From contig CM120641.1 in assembly GCA_051362555.1 (NCBI GenBank), positions 18,042,001 to 18,106,000 of the forward strand: 64,000 nt of DNA, read 5' to 3'. The stretch comes from Lingula anatina (Eukaryota; Animalia; Brachiopoda). Positions within the stretch are counted from its first letter, which is position 1. Each line of letters opens with the position of its first letter. The notes beneath the pieces are model-generated. The model searched no databases and was not told where the DNA came from. It was given only the letters and a program-made list of their open reading frames with translations. Of the stretch, positions 39,901-52,500 are shown one piece after another. The position numbers and the translations under genes were made by a program.

Positions 39901-42900
39901 TATCAGGTAATCAGAGGAAGTCTGAACACCTAACCACATATGTTCCAACTTTTTTTTCTCTCTCAGCACCCATACAGCCCCACATACATGGCAATACTAA
40001 CTGGTCTGGGGTGAAAACCACCTTGCATGTCAACAATACATAAGGCTCATCGTGCCTATTTTGAGCCCGACTTAAGCCATTAATTGAGACAGATGCCTCC
40101 GTGCTACTACTGGTCACAGTCTCTTTTTTTTAACCCACCCTTCTGTTTTGAATTTTTTTTCTTTTTAAGTTATTATTTCTTAACACAAAGTACTGTTTAT
40201 GCACAAGTCCAGTGACTGTCCATATGGCCAAACTATAGGACACTAATGATTCTGCTCAGGCTATTCTCTTTAAGAAAAAACAACAAGGTTTACCATTTAC
40301 AAAACAAACATCTGGACTGTAACAGTTAAATTGTTTAAGTACACAACAGTCAGATTAGGAACCATTATTAGGACGCAGAGAACAAATAATTGCCAATTCC
40401 TATCTCTTAACCACAAAATGAAGATTTAATAAAGAGCCAATATGGTTTACATGGTGAAAGGTGAGAGAAAGTGTAAACAAATAAAATATGATCAAGTTGC
40501 CACAAATTTCCACTAACTTCAAATGCCGAACTGACCCAATACGGTAACTTTGCTTTCCCTGGATTAATTCATTGTGGCTTTTCATTAAATAATACTTTTT
40601 GACAGTTTCCAAATTTACTTTTCAAAACTTTTTGATCTCTTTTGTGCAGTTATTACTATACAAAAATTGATTTGAGATATCGTAAATCAAGTACGTTCAG
40701 ATTTGCCAAGAAATTCCCAAGCCACAGCCCCAGGTCATTAAGCACTTACACTTTCTTCATTGTCAACAACCTGTTCAAAGATCCATGTAGTCTTGAGGTA
40801 ACAATAAAACAACAGTTCTTATACTAATGTCCCTTATGCCAGACCCAGAACTTCACCAATGCCTTATTAATATGTACACATTAAACTACTGGCCATACCT
40901 GTGATGTCAATTTGCTGCCACCTGTAGCCACTGTGTTGTCATTAGAATGCAAGTGACATATAAAGGACACTAAGTACATTTAAGTATATAATCAACTAGC
41001 AGACAGGTTTAGGTCAATAGCAACTTAAGTCTGACAGAAAAAAAACACAGTGGAATTGAAACATGAGTTGAAAAATCCATAAAATTTGCAGAAAATTTTA
41101 GAAACTTGTGTGCACAAAAAGGTCCAGGAATGCCAAGGCATTTAGTATTGTGGTTCCAATACACCCCAGCTGACGCCATCATTTTTAATCTCTTCCACAA
41201 AGATGACTACATAGATTTCTTCAATATTTCTTTACTGTTATTTCTAATTCTAATTTAGGAAATTGTTTCTTTAGAAAAACTAGTAACACTCCTGCAATGA
41301 AGAAACCAACAGCTAGACCTAGGCATTGATACAATTATGTAACAACCACAAGTTTAAAACATTTGTGCTAGTATTAAAACTTTACCAATGAGATTACAAA
41401 TATCCCAATGATAGCCTTAATACACATAAAACCATTGTATTCAAATAAAATTGTATCAAAAATATGACATATAAGCAAACAGTCTTGTCAAAATGCTAAT
41501 AACACATTTTTTTTATGCAGTAATTGTATACATCTATCATTCCTGCCACATAATTCATGTCTGGTTGAATAGAACTTTAAATATCTTAACATCTCTACAA
41601 TGAAATGATACAATTTACTTTCTAACCAGTTTTCCCAATATCAACAATTTCCATTTTTTCTAATATGTCATTTTCCCAATTACTTCAACAATTCTTAGTT
41701 TACAAACATCTTTCTAACATCTTAAATCTTTTTCTGGAAGCTTGTTATTTCATGTGTCTAAATTTCACTGCATGAACAACCTGGAAGATCTTTTTCCTTT
41801 CTTTGTACAGGCAATCATTCTTGTCCTATTTCTTAAACTTAATGCCTAGAGGTTAAAAAACACTGGAGTATCTTCCCCACTAAAAGCAGAAAACCAGAAT
41901 GCCGATCTCATTAATAAATGCTGCAGTATCACGCTGGGGATCTACTGAATTGCCAAAAAAGCATCCAAGGACAAGGTGTAACACTACCTCTCAACTCTAC
42001 GTGAAAACTTAACTGCCTGTAAAAATTCTCTGACGTTTGAAGTTTGGTGATGATAGCAGAAATAACATCTAAATTGGTGAACTCTGGTGCTCCCAGCATC
42101 CTAGTATCATTATACCATAAGAATCAAAATGTCAATTTTTAAAAATTATGAAATTCGAGAAGTGTTAAATTTTCTGTGCTTTAAGAAAGTTCAAAGATGT
42201 TGGTAACTTCAAAGAGACTGTTTTTCTTCAAGTCAGTAGATTCTTTCAAAAGAACTCCACATTATATACCTTGTTCAACAAAAGGCTGCAAAACACTTAA
42301 CTAAAGTAATGGTTACATTTCAGTACTCTTTTTTAATCAACAACCATATTAGAATTATGATTTAGCCACAAAATTGCCAAGAGAAACAGCCAAGCCACAG
42401 CCCCATTCTTGGTGGGAATGAGACTAACCCACTAATGTGGATGACATCCAAGATGTTTCATTACTGTATTTATGCTTCATTATCAATTAATTTCTTATTT
42501 ATTTACTATCAGTTCACTCCTTCGTATGGCCCCAGGGCCTATTTGCTGTCTCTGCTGTCTACTGACTCTTTCCTGTTCTATTTTCGCTTCACTTACAGCC
42601 CTATTCATACCCAGCGATACAGTAAACTAGGCAGGTCCACTTTGACAGATTGACAACTTACAACCTATACTAGATATAACATTAGAGAATCAAGTCACCT
42701 AAACGTAGCCTCTGTAAATGACAATTAAATAACTTAATGGCAAAAAGCAAATTTGTTGAGAAATAGTTAGAAGGAGTCAAACCCCCTGTATTTACACATT
42801 AGGACCTCTAAAACTGGACCAGTCCAGTTCAGTGTACTGCTTCAAATGAAAAGGACCATACTCCTCACACCACTGTACACCACACTTCATTTTTTTTCCT

Positions 42901-45900
42901 TTTACCTAAGGCAGGAGCAGAACAATGATTTCAATATAACATCTTATACAGCTGAAAAAGTCTTTTACGACTGAATAAGGTTGATTTTCTTAAATATTCA
43001 AATGATTCCAAAGCTAATATACAATTTTACCCCTCGATCCATCTCTGACCTACATATCACAATTAGATCCAACCCATTTCAACCAGACTACTTTCCTACA
43101 ACTCCACTTACCATGCTATAAAGACTTCTCTATCATTCCTTTCAATATATTAAATAATTCATTTTAAAAAATCCTCAAATATTACAATGTCTATCAAAAC
43201 AGATGATCAAAGTGATAACAGCAGCCTTAGCAGGATCAAAACTGGATCCCTGGGTTGTGACAAAAAGACAATACAGCATTTAGGAGCCCTTTATCGTTGA
43301 AATAGCCAACATTTTTCTCATTAATCCCTCCCAGAAGACTATCTGCAGAATGTTATTAAGATTAATAACACTTTTCCCATCGATCCCAAATTATAATCTT
43401 ATCAGATCAGAGCAAGGCATAGATGCATTAATTTGCCATACAAACAATACATCTTGTACTCAGTCAACCACTCGTGTCACTTTTGTTCTCCCTGCCTTAC
43501 TCACACGTGCCTGCTGCTATTGTTTCTAGTCCACCTGTCTGTTACTGTATTAAAACCAGTTACAGGTGACTTCATCAGAGCTGTCACTTTCAAGTTTTAT
43601 CAATGAAGTTTTTTCTGATACAGAACAGAGAAGCATATGACAGATGCTGTGACTGAGGACCTCCCTACCAATGTCCAGCCCCCCACCCCCACCCCCACTC
43701 CCAGCTTCAAGACCTGTGTATAATATACCAAGCTCAGTTTAGGATAATTTTTTTTATTATCAAATACCTTTATAAAACTTATAATTTTGAGCTTTGACTA
43801 TGATAATTTAGCATGGCTAAAAAAATAAAACAATTATCATCTCCTTAACCAACTTATAATATAATGTTTAGCATCTAACTTAATTCATTATCAGGTAAAC
43901 CAAATATCTATCTGCCCCTACATCTACTGACCACCTTGGGCAGGGAAAGATAAACATCAAAAGAATGTCTGCTTTATCTATAATAGTTTATCATGGTGCA
44001 TGTCTGTAGTTTACATCAAACAATAGCACAGAAAGTTACTTTGTGGGTCATATATGTAAAAACAAAGACAAAGTTGTAAGCCAGCTATCATGACTATCAA
44101 TACCAAATATGAAACTGTCAAACAACAAAATGAGAATGATACAGACGAAATATAATCAAATGCTGAATGATATTAATTTTCCATAATACGTACTTGAATT
44201 TGCATGCACATGCGCCATTGTATAGGAGTGAGTGTGCATACATTGGTTAACATGATATGGTGCATATGACCCTTCCACATCTGAAAACTCAACCTGAATT
44301 GTCACTCTTGGTGTCTATGGAGCAAACTTAGATACTTGTCACACACAGCTTTGCCCTTTTTATGTGGCACAGTGATTTCTGCTGTCACAGAACTCTGCAT
44401 AATTCTCAAACCAAGCAAGGTATTTTCACAATTTCTAGAACATATTATTAATTATAAAAAATGCTTTTGTAGCTTAAGCATCCAATTTCAAAACCAACTT
44501 CAAATTATATATTTTATGTTGATGACACAACATGAAAATACACAAGAAAGTAATTTATATGCAGGCACATGTGTAACCCTAAGTTCAGCAGGAAATGTTA
44601 TCTTTACTTATTCATTAGAAGTTGCATTATGTTGACTTACAAGTATAACTGCACACCTTAGGTGACATGGGCTACTCACACTCACAAATCATTAGCTAGA
44701 TAAAAGGTCTTGTTTTGACATTTAACACATGGCAGTGACAAATGTCAAATAAAAGTTTTCCAAGTTTTGTAGCATTTCTTTAAAAGAAGTGCCCAAACAT
44801 TGCAGTAAAACTGTGATTCACTCTAGTCTTCATAACATCTGCAGTGAAGCTTGCCATTAAACTTTAACAAATTTAGAAAAAGAACAATTGTAAGCTCTCC
44901 GATGTTCCCACTCTTTTAGTATAATCTATAATGTTGCTCAATTAGCATTTAAAAAAAAGCAGTCCTGGGATATTCTTATTTCATCACACCTGTATATCTA
45001 GCTTGATTCCGCTGTCATCTTAAATCAAGACAAAAAAACATATCAAAAGCAAACAATTTCATCAATAGATATCCTGCTACAAGATGTATTTAAAAAATGT
45101 ACCAAATTTGCCATAATTTCCTAAATAACTGCTCAAACACAATACAAGTGATCTTTATATGAAATAATGTGCAACTGAAATCATACTTCCCAAGAAGGCG
45201 TCTCAAATATCCTGAAGTTCTCAAAGACAGAAGTTCAAAGAAAACATGTCTTTTTTTTTTACATGATAGTATTAACAAGGCTTTATACCTGTTTTGGGTG
45301 TAACCTTGAACCTTTCCAATACTTTTGAGCCCAGTTGTTAAGATATGTCTGTCTTTCTTGAGGCGTCATCTACTTGGCTTGAATACTGAATAATAAAAAC
45401 CACCATGACAGAGCCACACGTCTGGAGAATGACCTTAAACTAGTGGTTTACTGGGGTCTTCACAGGGGGAGGTGATCAGATCAATAGTAATCTTTTGTTT
45501 TCACTTCTGATTACACTGTGTCAATGACCTTGAGATTGTGACTAAAAACATGGAGAATTCACAAAAGTGAACAAGTCTTAACTTCATCCTGGCTTCAGTG
45601 AAATGTTGAATCTGGAGACTCTCAAATACTTGGAATCGAGCAAGCAGTTTGTGTGGCCTACCATTCATCAATCTTAGAAGACCTGACACCTTCATCAATC
45701 TTATCAGACCTGACACCTTCATTAAATCTGTGCTCTTCACCGCACTGGCACTGATCGAGGCTTCTTACAGCTCCCAATGACAAGAAGCCTTGACTCCACT
45801 GACACTGCCCATCTGGACAAATAATGAACTTATATTCTTTCTAATTAAGAATTTAGAAAATGTAAAAGGAAAATAGAATAACATTTTTTAATCTTTAAAA

Positions 45901-48900
45901 TTCTTATCATTTGACCTAAATATGATCTTTAAAAATAACCAAAAAAAGAAAGCAGAAGTCAAAGCATGGATTTTCTCTTCACAAACCCCTAACATTCATG
46001 GGAGGGATTTAGGAGCAATTAAGGCTCTTTTATCTAATATGTCAATTAAATATTAAATAATTCTGTTCAATATCAAGCAGCATGACACACACATTAATTG
46101 AAGCGATGACTTAGTACTGTGGGATAAACCCCAGTACTGACAACAGTGAAGGCAGAACAAAGACACTAGTTCCTCACTGGAAGACACAAAGCAAAACAAT
46201 ACCTTTCACTGTACAGCTTGACAAATTAAACATGCAGAATCAATTTCCAGTGCTAATTACTTCATAGAAAATATGATTGCTATTCTGATGTGTAAACATC
46301 AGGCATTACAAGAAAAAGTAAAATAATTAAAAATATGTCCTGGTACTAATTAGTCAAGTCAGAGAGTGCCTTTGATATTCATTCATCTGATCTCATTATC
46401 TGTATTTATATTGTAGAATCATTACAATGGGCAATGTCAGAAAGTGAATATAAATTAATGAGCCCTTTGTAACACACTTTTCTTACAGTCATTACTTCAT
46501 TTTTTCTAGGTGTATTTCTGCTATCTCTTCACTAATTAATTTTTTTTTCTAAAAACATCCTCTATGATTATCAAACAATGTAAATACGTACTGTGTGCCA
46601 AGGATATTACTTTTTAAAGCAGGAAATAAAATGAGATGTATTTTGATAACTCACCAACACCAACAAGTACCAAAATTGAGGGATTTGACCTATTCTTCAT
46701 ACAGGAGTAGCTTTCCTGTTTGTGTATCAGGTAAATATCACAAAGGAATCATTACTTTGTAAATCTGGCACAAAATATCAGCATTAATATATGCCAGAAA
46801 TCTTTTATACACCCAAAGGGATGCAATGTATATCATCTTCTTATTTTCTAAACTTGAAAGAGGTAAGCACACAATACAGAAATAAAGGCAGGGAACTTTT
46901 CTCCTAAGACAATGTAATGCAGTGCACTTCCACAGGAACCGCATGTTAATGTCACCAGGGAAGAAAGACACCGACACATTTTTCAAAAATTCTCATTCAG
47001 GTAACAAGAATGGTTATCTAAACACTTTCATGTTTTCTAATCTTAAAAGTCTGCAAGTCTGTCCCACTTTGGGGCCAGGCTTACTCATGTCCAAAACTGG
47101 GTCAAAACATCCTGCCCACTAGTACAAATGTATACGGTTGAATATTAATGACCATTGGAATAAGTTCAATAGATTATTTTAATACAAATGAGGGTTTCAT
47201 TCAAGACAAAAAGGCTGTTTTCTTACTGGGTACACCATATCAGAAGCGAAAGTTTGACTCAATATTTGCACAATATGCTTGGCAACTTTTTCTGCAGTTC
47301 AACATATCCCAATGTCCCTTTCCTTATCTCACAACATACACATCTTTATACAGTTTAATGAACCTTCAAAACAGTCTATTTGTCTAATACCTACGTCTCA
47401 TGTCTATATCTGAAAAAAAAAGTGGCAACTTAATATGTAATGGGCATTTTTTTTCTTTTTGTGTACAAACAGCAAATTTTGTGATTGGTAGTCATTGCAT
47501 ATTAAAGATACTATGCATACACATTTTTTGTCAATTTACTGGTAAAAGAATTTTTTCTTCAGAAAAAAAAAGATGAAATTTAAGACCATACAGTCTTATA
47601 TTGGCCAGATATGGTAATGCATTTTAGTCAGAACAACTAGAAGAATGATCTGAAATACACAGTCAGATACAGTGTTCTGACTAAATACATAAGGTAAATC
47701 TGACATTGGGCATTCAAGAAAAAGTATCAAAAGCATGACAAAATTTTGCTTTAGTAATATTCCCCCTCTCCCACACACATATTTTAACTATATACACATG
47801 CAGTATTTTAACTATATAAATAGGCCATGATGTAAAACTTTCATAATCAAAGGCAGTATATTTTAAATCTTTGATTTCAATTCTATAACAAGCTGCTTTC
47901 ACAAATAAATGATCACAAGAGTGTCATTATTAACATATATGACCTCAGCAAAAGACATGGGTTGAGCCACCAACACTGCCAACAATGTTAAAAATGCCGA
48001 CAATTGAGTGACCAGTCTTGCTGATGGACACAGCTGTAAAGTCCCCCTTGCACATCAAATTTGTTGTCATCACTATATCTCATTAAAATATTTTTAAGTT
48101 CAAGGGATCATGGTTCATGCTAGCTTGTTATGGTTTGGTCCAAATTTATGTTTAAATTAAAATTTATTGAAGAAACCAAAAAATCCAAGACTATCCTTAT
48201 TCATTCCAGCCAAAAAAGATACTAAAAGAGCCATTGGAGAAAAAGACATGAGCCAAAAGTGAGGTATGTTTTGAGCCAAGTCTGGTTGACAAGAATATTA
48301 GACCATATGCATGCCAATGTTACATGACATAACAAAATCATCTTCTCTATGTAAAATAATCCACCAGGTCAAGAGCCTCTTTAGATATTTAATATTAGAG
48401 TATGTAATGTTCAACATTAAAACTGTCTTCAAACAAACCAAGCCATAATCCCTATCAACAACAAAATATAATGATAATTATAATATAATGATAATTTTAG
48501 CCATTGCACGCTTGCTCGTTAGCAGAGGCCTAGATCGAGAGAGACAAAACAAACATCTTACCTTGGCCTTACTCACAATCTTGTCTGCACAGTCTTTCTT
48601 TCCTTCAATATTATCATGTCCGTGTCATCGTGCATCACTCTTATCTCTTTATACTACTTCTCAGGTCAACAAGGTGACTTGGCTAGGCCTCACACAACAC
48701 CTTCACTTGATCACAGACAATAATAGCACAGCTTTACTGTACCAAATGTGTGGATATACTCACTCTGAGGGGAATGTGAATTATGCCCAAATTATTTATG
48801 TTAACAAAGTCTGGGGATTTGTTGTCTAAATATAAATATACGGATCTAATCTTAGTGAGGAGATTTATTAAAGTATTATGTCAATAATAATATATCAATG

Positions 48901-49491
48901 TGAAGAAAGGGAGAAGATTTACTGTGCAAATAAGGGATTTCAAAGTATACAGAGTCAACATGGCCCCAGAGTAAGCTATCTATATTTTTGCTTCTTTTCT
49001 TGTTATCTTTACACTGTATCTAATTGAAGTTGGCACTAGCAGTACAAATCACTAATTAGCAAATGGAATGCTGTAATTGTTTGTTATCTCGTATTTCCCA
49101 ATCCAAACCCAGAATTTCCTCACCATAAATACCATCTGAACAGACAAGATACAAACTACACCCTAATGCTAACCAGCTGTAGGTTAACTTTTTTCCAATT
49201 ACTAGGGAACTAAAGAAAATATCTTGCCTTTTTTGTCATTTTGAACATTTCATATTCCAGCTAACTTATTGGATTAAATCCTATAAATTGCTGAACTTAA
49301 TCAGAACATTCAGTCAATATTAATTTGATTTTAAGTTCAGAGTCATACACTGGTCAAATAAAAGCTGCTGAATGTGGGATAGTTTTTAAACAAGAGACTA
49401 AACTCATGGGTGCATACACATGTACATTTTTACACACACATACACGTTAATTCATATATTTGTGTGCAAGCATGTGCTTGCCCATATACAC

Positions 49492-49537
<46 letters not shown>

Positions 49538-52500
49538 AGTCACAAACAAATAGACACACGCTCCATTACCCTCATAAATGACAGGGTCAAGCAGTTGACC
49601 AGGTATTATACTCATCATATTTCATTGTGATCCCTAACTCTTCCTAATGCCTTTATTAATACTGCAATAACCCCAGATGCCACCTTTATCTAATGGAGGA
49701 TTAAAGTTATAAAACACATTTAGGAGGATCCTTTCTGTGATAAACTTGTTTCACCTGAGATGTCCTATTGAAATGATATAGCAATGAATGCAGAACAAAA
49801 GGCTCAGACAAACCAAACTATAATCATTAAAGTAAAGGAATAGGATATAACATATTAAGTATTTGTTGACATCTTTTAAGGAAATTGGCTTTGTCCAAAA
49901 CTTTTTAGGAATCAATGCAGAATTTGGTGTACTCCATTATAATATATTCATTTGACCTTTGTTACTTTTTTTTGTGAATATGAAAATCTTCAAAATGACA
50001 CGTTTGAGAATTGCATGTTTGAAATTCAGATATATTTCATCAACCTGATATAATTCTTTATATTTCCAAAGTACATTCTAATTTTTTTTAATCATCTTAA
50101 TGCAAATATCCTTATTATTGACAGATTTACTAGCTTTTATACAATCGCAAAAAGATTTCAATTCAACAAACCACTTCCGATCAAGAAAATCAGCAGTTAT
50201 TCAGAATTCAATATAAAGACTAACAATAATGGCTCAGACTTCACAAGATCACAGAAAGTGTATCAAGAAAATCTCGATGCCTAAAAACTCCTTCCCTTGT
50301 GAAAAATCATCTTTATTTCCAAACTGATCTCAGATCTTTTAAAAAGCAATCAAACTCACTGTTCTGTCTTTCCTCACACCTGTTCTAAAGATCAGGTAAA
50401 AAAAATCCATCAGAGATGATCCTAAATACTTGTTAAAGATAACCAACAAAAATACCTTCACAAGTTCACTGATTCATACTATGATGTTCCAATAGCCATG
50501 AAATTGATGCTTGATGGCCATGAAATTGTTGTCTATATACGAGCTGATGATATACAATGTGCCACAATACAACTGTCTAGTGTGCAGGATCTATGCCCAC
50601 AAAGTCAGATTTTCTGCTTGCATGCATAAGGAATTTGACAGACTGACTTTTTACCAGTCGTTGTTGTATTTCTAATTTTTTTCTACATTCCATCATTTCT
50701 TAGCAGACAACAACATTAGTTTTGAAAGTCAACATCTTGGATTTTTATTTGCTGGATATTTTACTAATATTTGTAAACTCAACACTGTGGTGGTTCTAAA
50801 TGCAAAATCCAGTACAAATATACCAATCAGGTTTCATAAAAGTACTCACCAGCTAAATGGCAGTGTGAACAACTGTTACACCAAATACTCAACAGCAGTT
50901 GAAGGTCTTAAGAATTCATCACCTGTGAATTCAATGCACACTTCCCATTCTCAAGCTACCTTAACCAAGCTGTCTGTGAAAAGAACAGGAGGCAGTCACT
51001 TCCGACAGAGTAAAAGTTACTGCGTGGCTACTTATCCTTTCATCCTCACTTAATATTGTATAGTATTATCACACTTTACTGTGGAAAGTCTCTCTGGGCA
51101 TTGTGGCCAAAGAAAAAGCTGCTCTTTTCATCAGTCCCCTAGAGTATACATCAGACGGCCTCACAGGTCAACTCCAGTTTTACACCTTTTAAAACTGCGA
51201 ACAAAAACGGCAACACGAGTAAGGTTAGAGCAATGTTTACGTCTCCAGCCGATTTCCTTAATACTGAGGGCAAAAATGAAATTCAAATACAATACCAACG
51301 ATGTGGCTACAGTCCTCAAAGCCGTGGAAAGGATCGTCTGACTCCCCGTTGTTTCTGTGTTGTTATTACTTTGTACAAAGGTGACGGACAACAAAAGCTG
51401 GTGTAAAAACGGTGGGCAAATAGGTGTTTTGCCAGGTTTAATGCCCCCTTTGATACCAGCAATTGAGGAAAATTATGAAAATAATGTGCAGACATGAATG
51501 CATTTGACTGGCACTTTTGTTACATGACTTACTTACACAACAGTCAACTAGCGTGACCATTTGTGCACACACCTGAAATATCAGTATTTGTGGCTAAACT
51601 TAGCACAACTCTACAGATTACAAATTAATGATGCTTCATGCAGAGCAAGGATGAGCACCTTACTTTTCTCATATAGAAGCCTTTTTTATTAACTAACAGG
51701 CCACTGAGATGGTGATTAAGTACATCTACACCATGAACTAAGCACTTCCAATATATGGGGCAAATGAACTATTTTCGAAGATGATAATCTATAAGTCATG
51801 GCAAAATTTGAAATATTGGGCTTTGGAGAACATGCACTCATCATTGCAGTAGATGTGACAAGTCATCCTAAAACGAATGCTCATATTTTGATTGTATCTC
51901 TGCTTAGACATAATTAAATATCATGATCACCTACAGGATCATATGGAGATGTCACTTACAGACACTGCTTGCTTCAATCACAAATTATGTTGACTATTTC
52001 AAGGCACAGACAACCCAATCAAGCTTATTTTTTCAGATGTCCAACTTATCATCTCTTTGATAATCTAGGGCAAGAAAAAAATCAGATTACCAATTTTAAG
52101 CCAAGAAAATTGAGTCTAACTTATTATGTCCAGAAATGAGCTTTTTGTAAAATACATTATATATTCACTCAAGCACCCAAAGCATAATGTGTCCAGCTGA
52201 AAAAAAAAGAGTCGAGGATAATGCACCCAAAAATAATGTCAACTGTTCTGTCACCCTTACCTGTGCTATGGCTTCAAAATTCTCATGTCCTTTCTGCAGC
52301 TGTTTGGCACGGCTTTGATTCTTTCCAATAGTGAGATTCTTCTCCAAAAATACTTCCCCATGCATTGTCAACCAATCTATAACCTGATTAAAATAATCAG
52401 AAATTGAAAAATTATTACCAGCATTTGAGGAAAACCTGCAAAAGTAAATTTATCTCCCATTTTTCTATAAAAAAAAGTACACTGTCTCACAATGCATACA

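Noticed and set aside
46655-46700. ATG-to-donor segment [15 protein letters not shown]|gtgagt (also 21804-21820 and 43505-43575)
   Set aside because: Donor phase (1 or 2) is incompatible with the phase-0 downstream exons.
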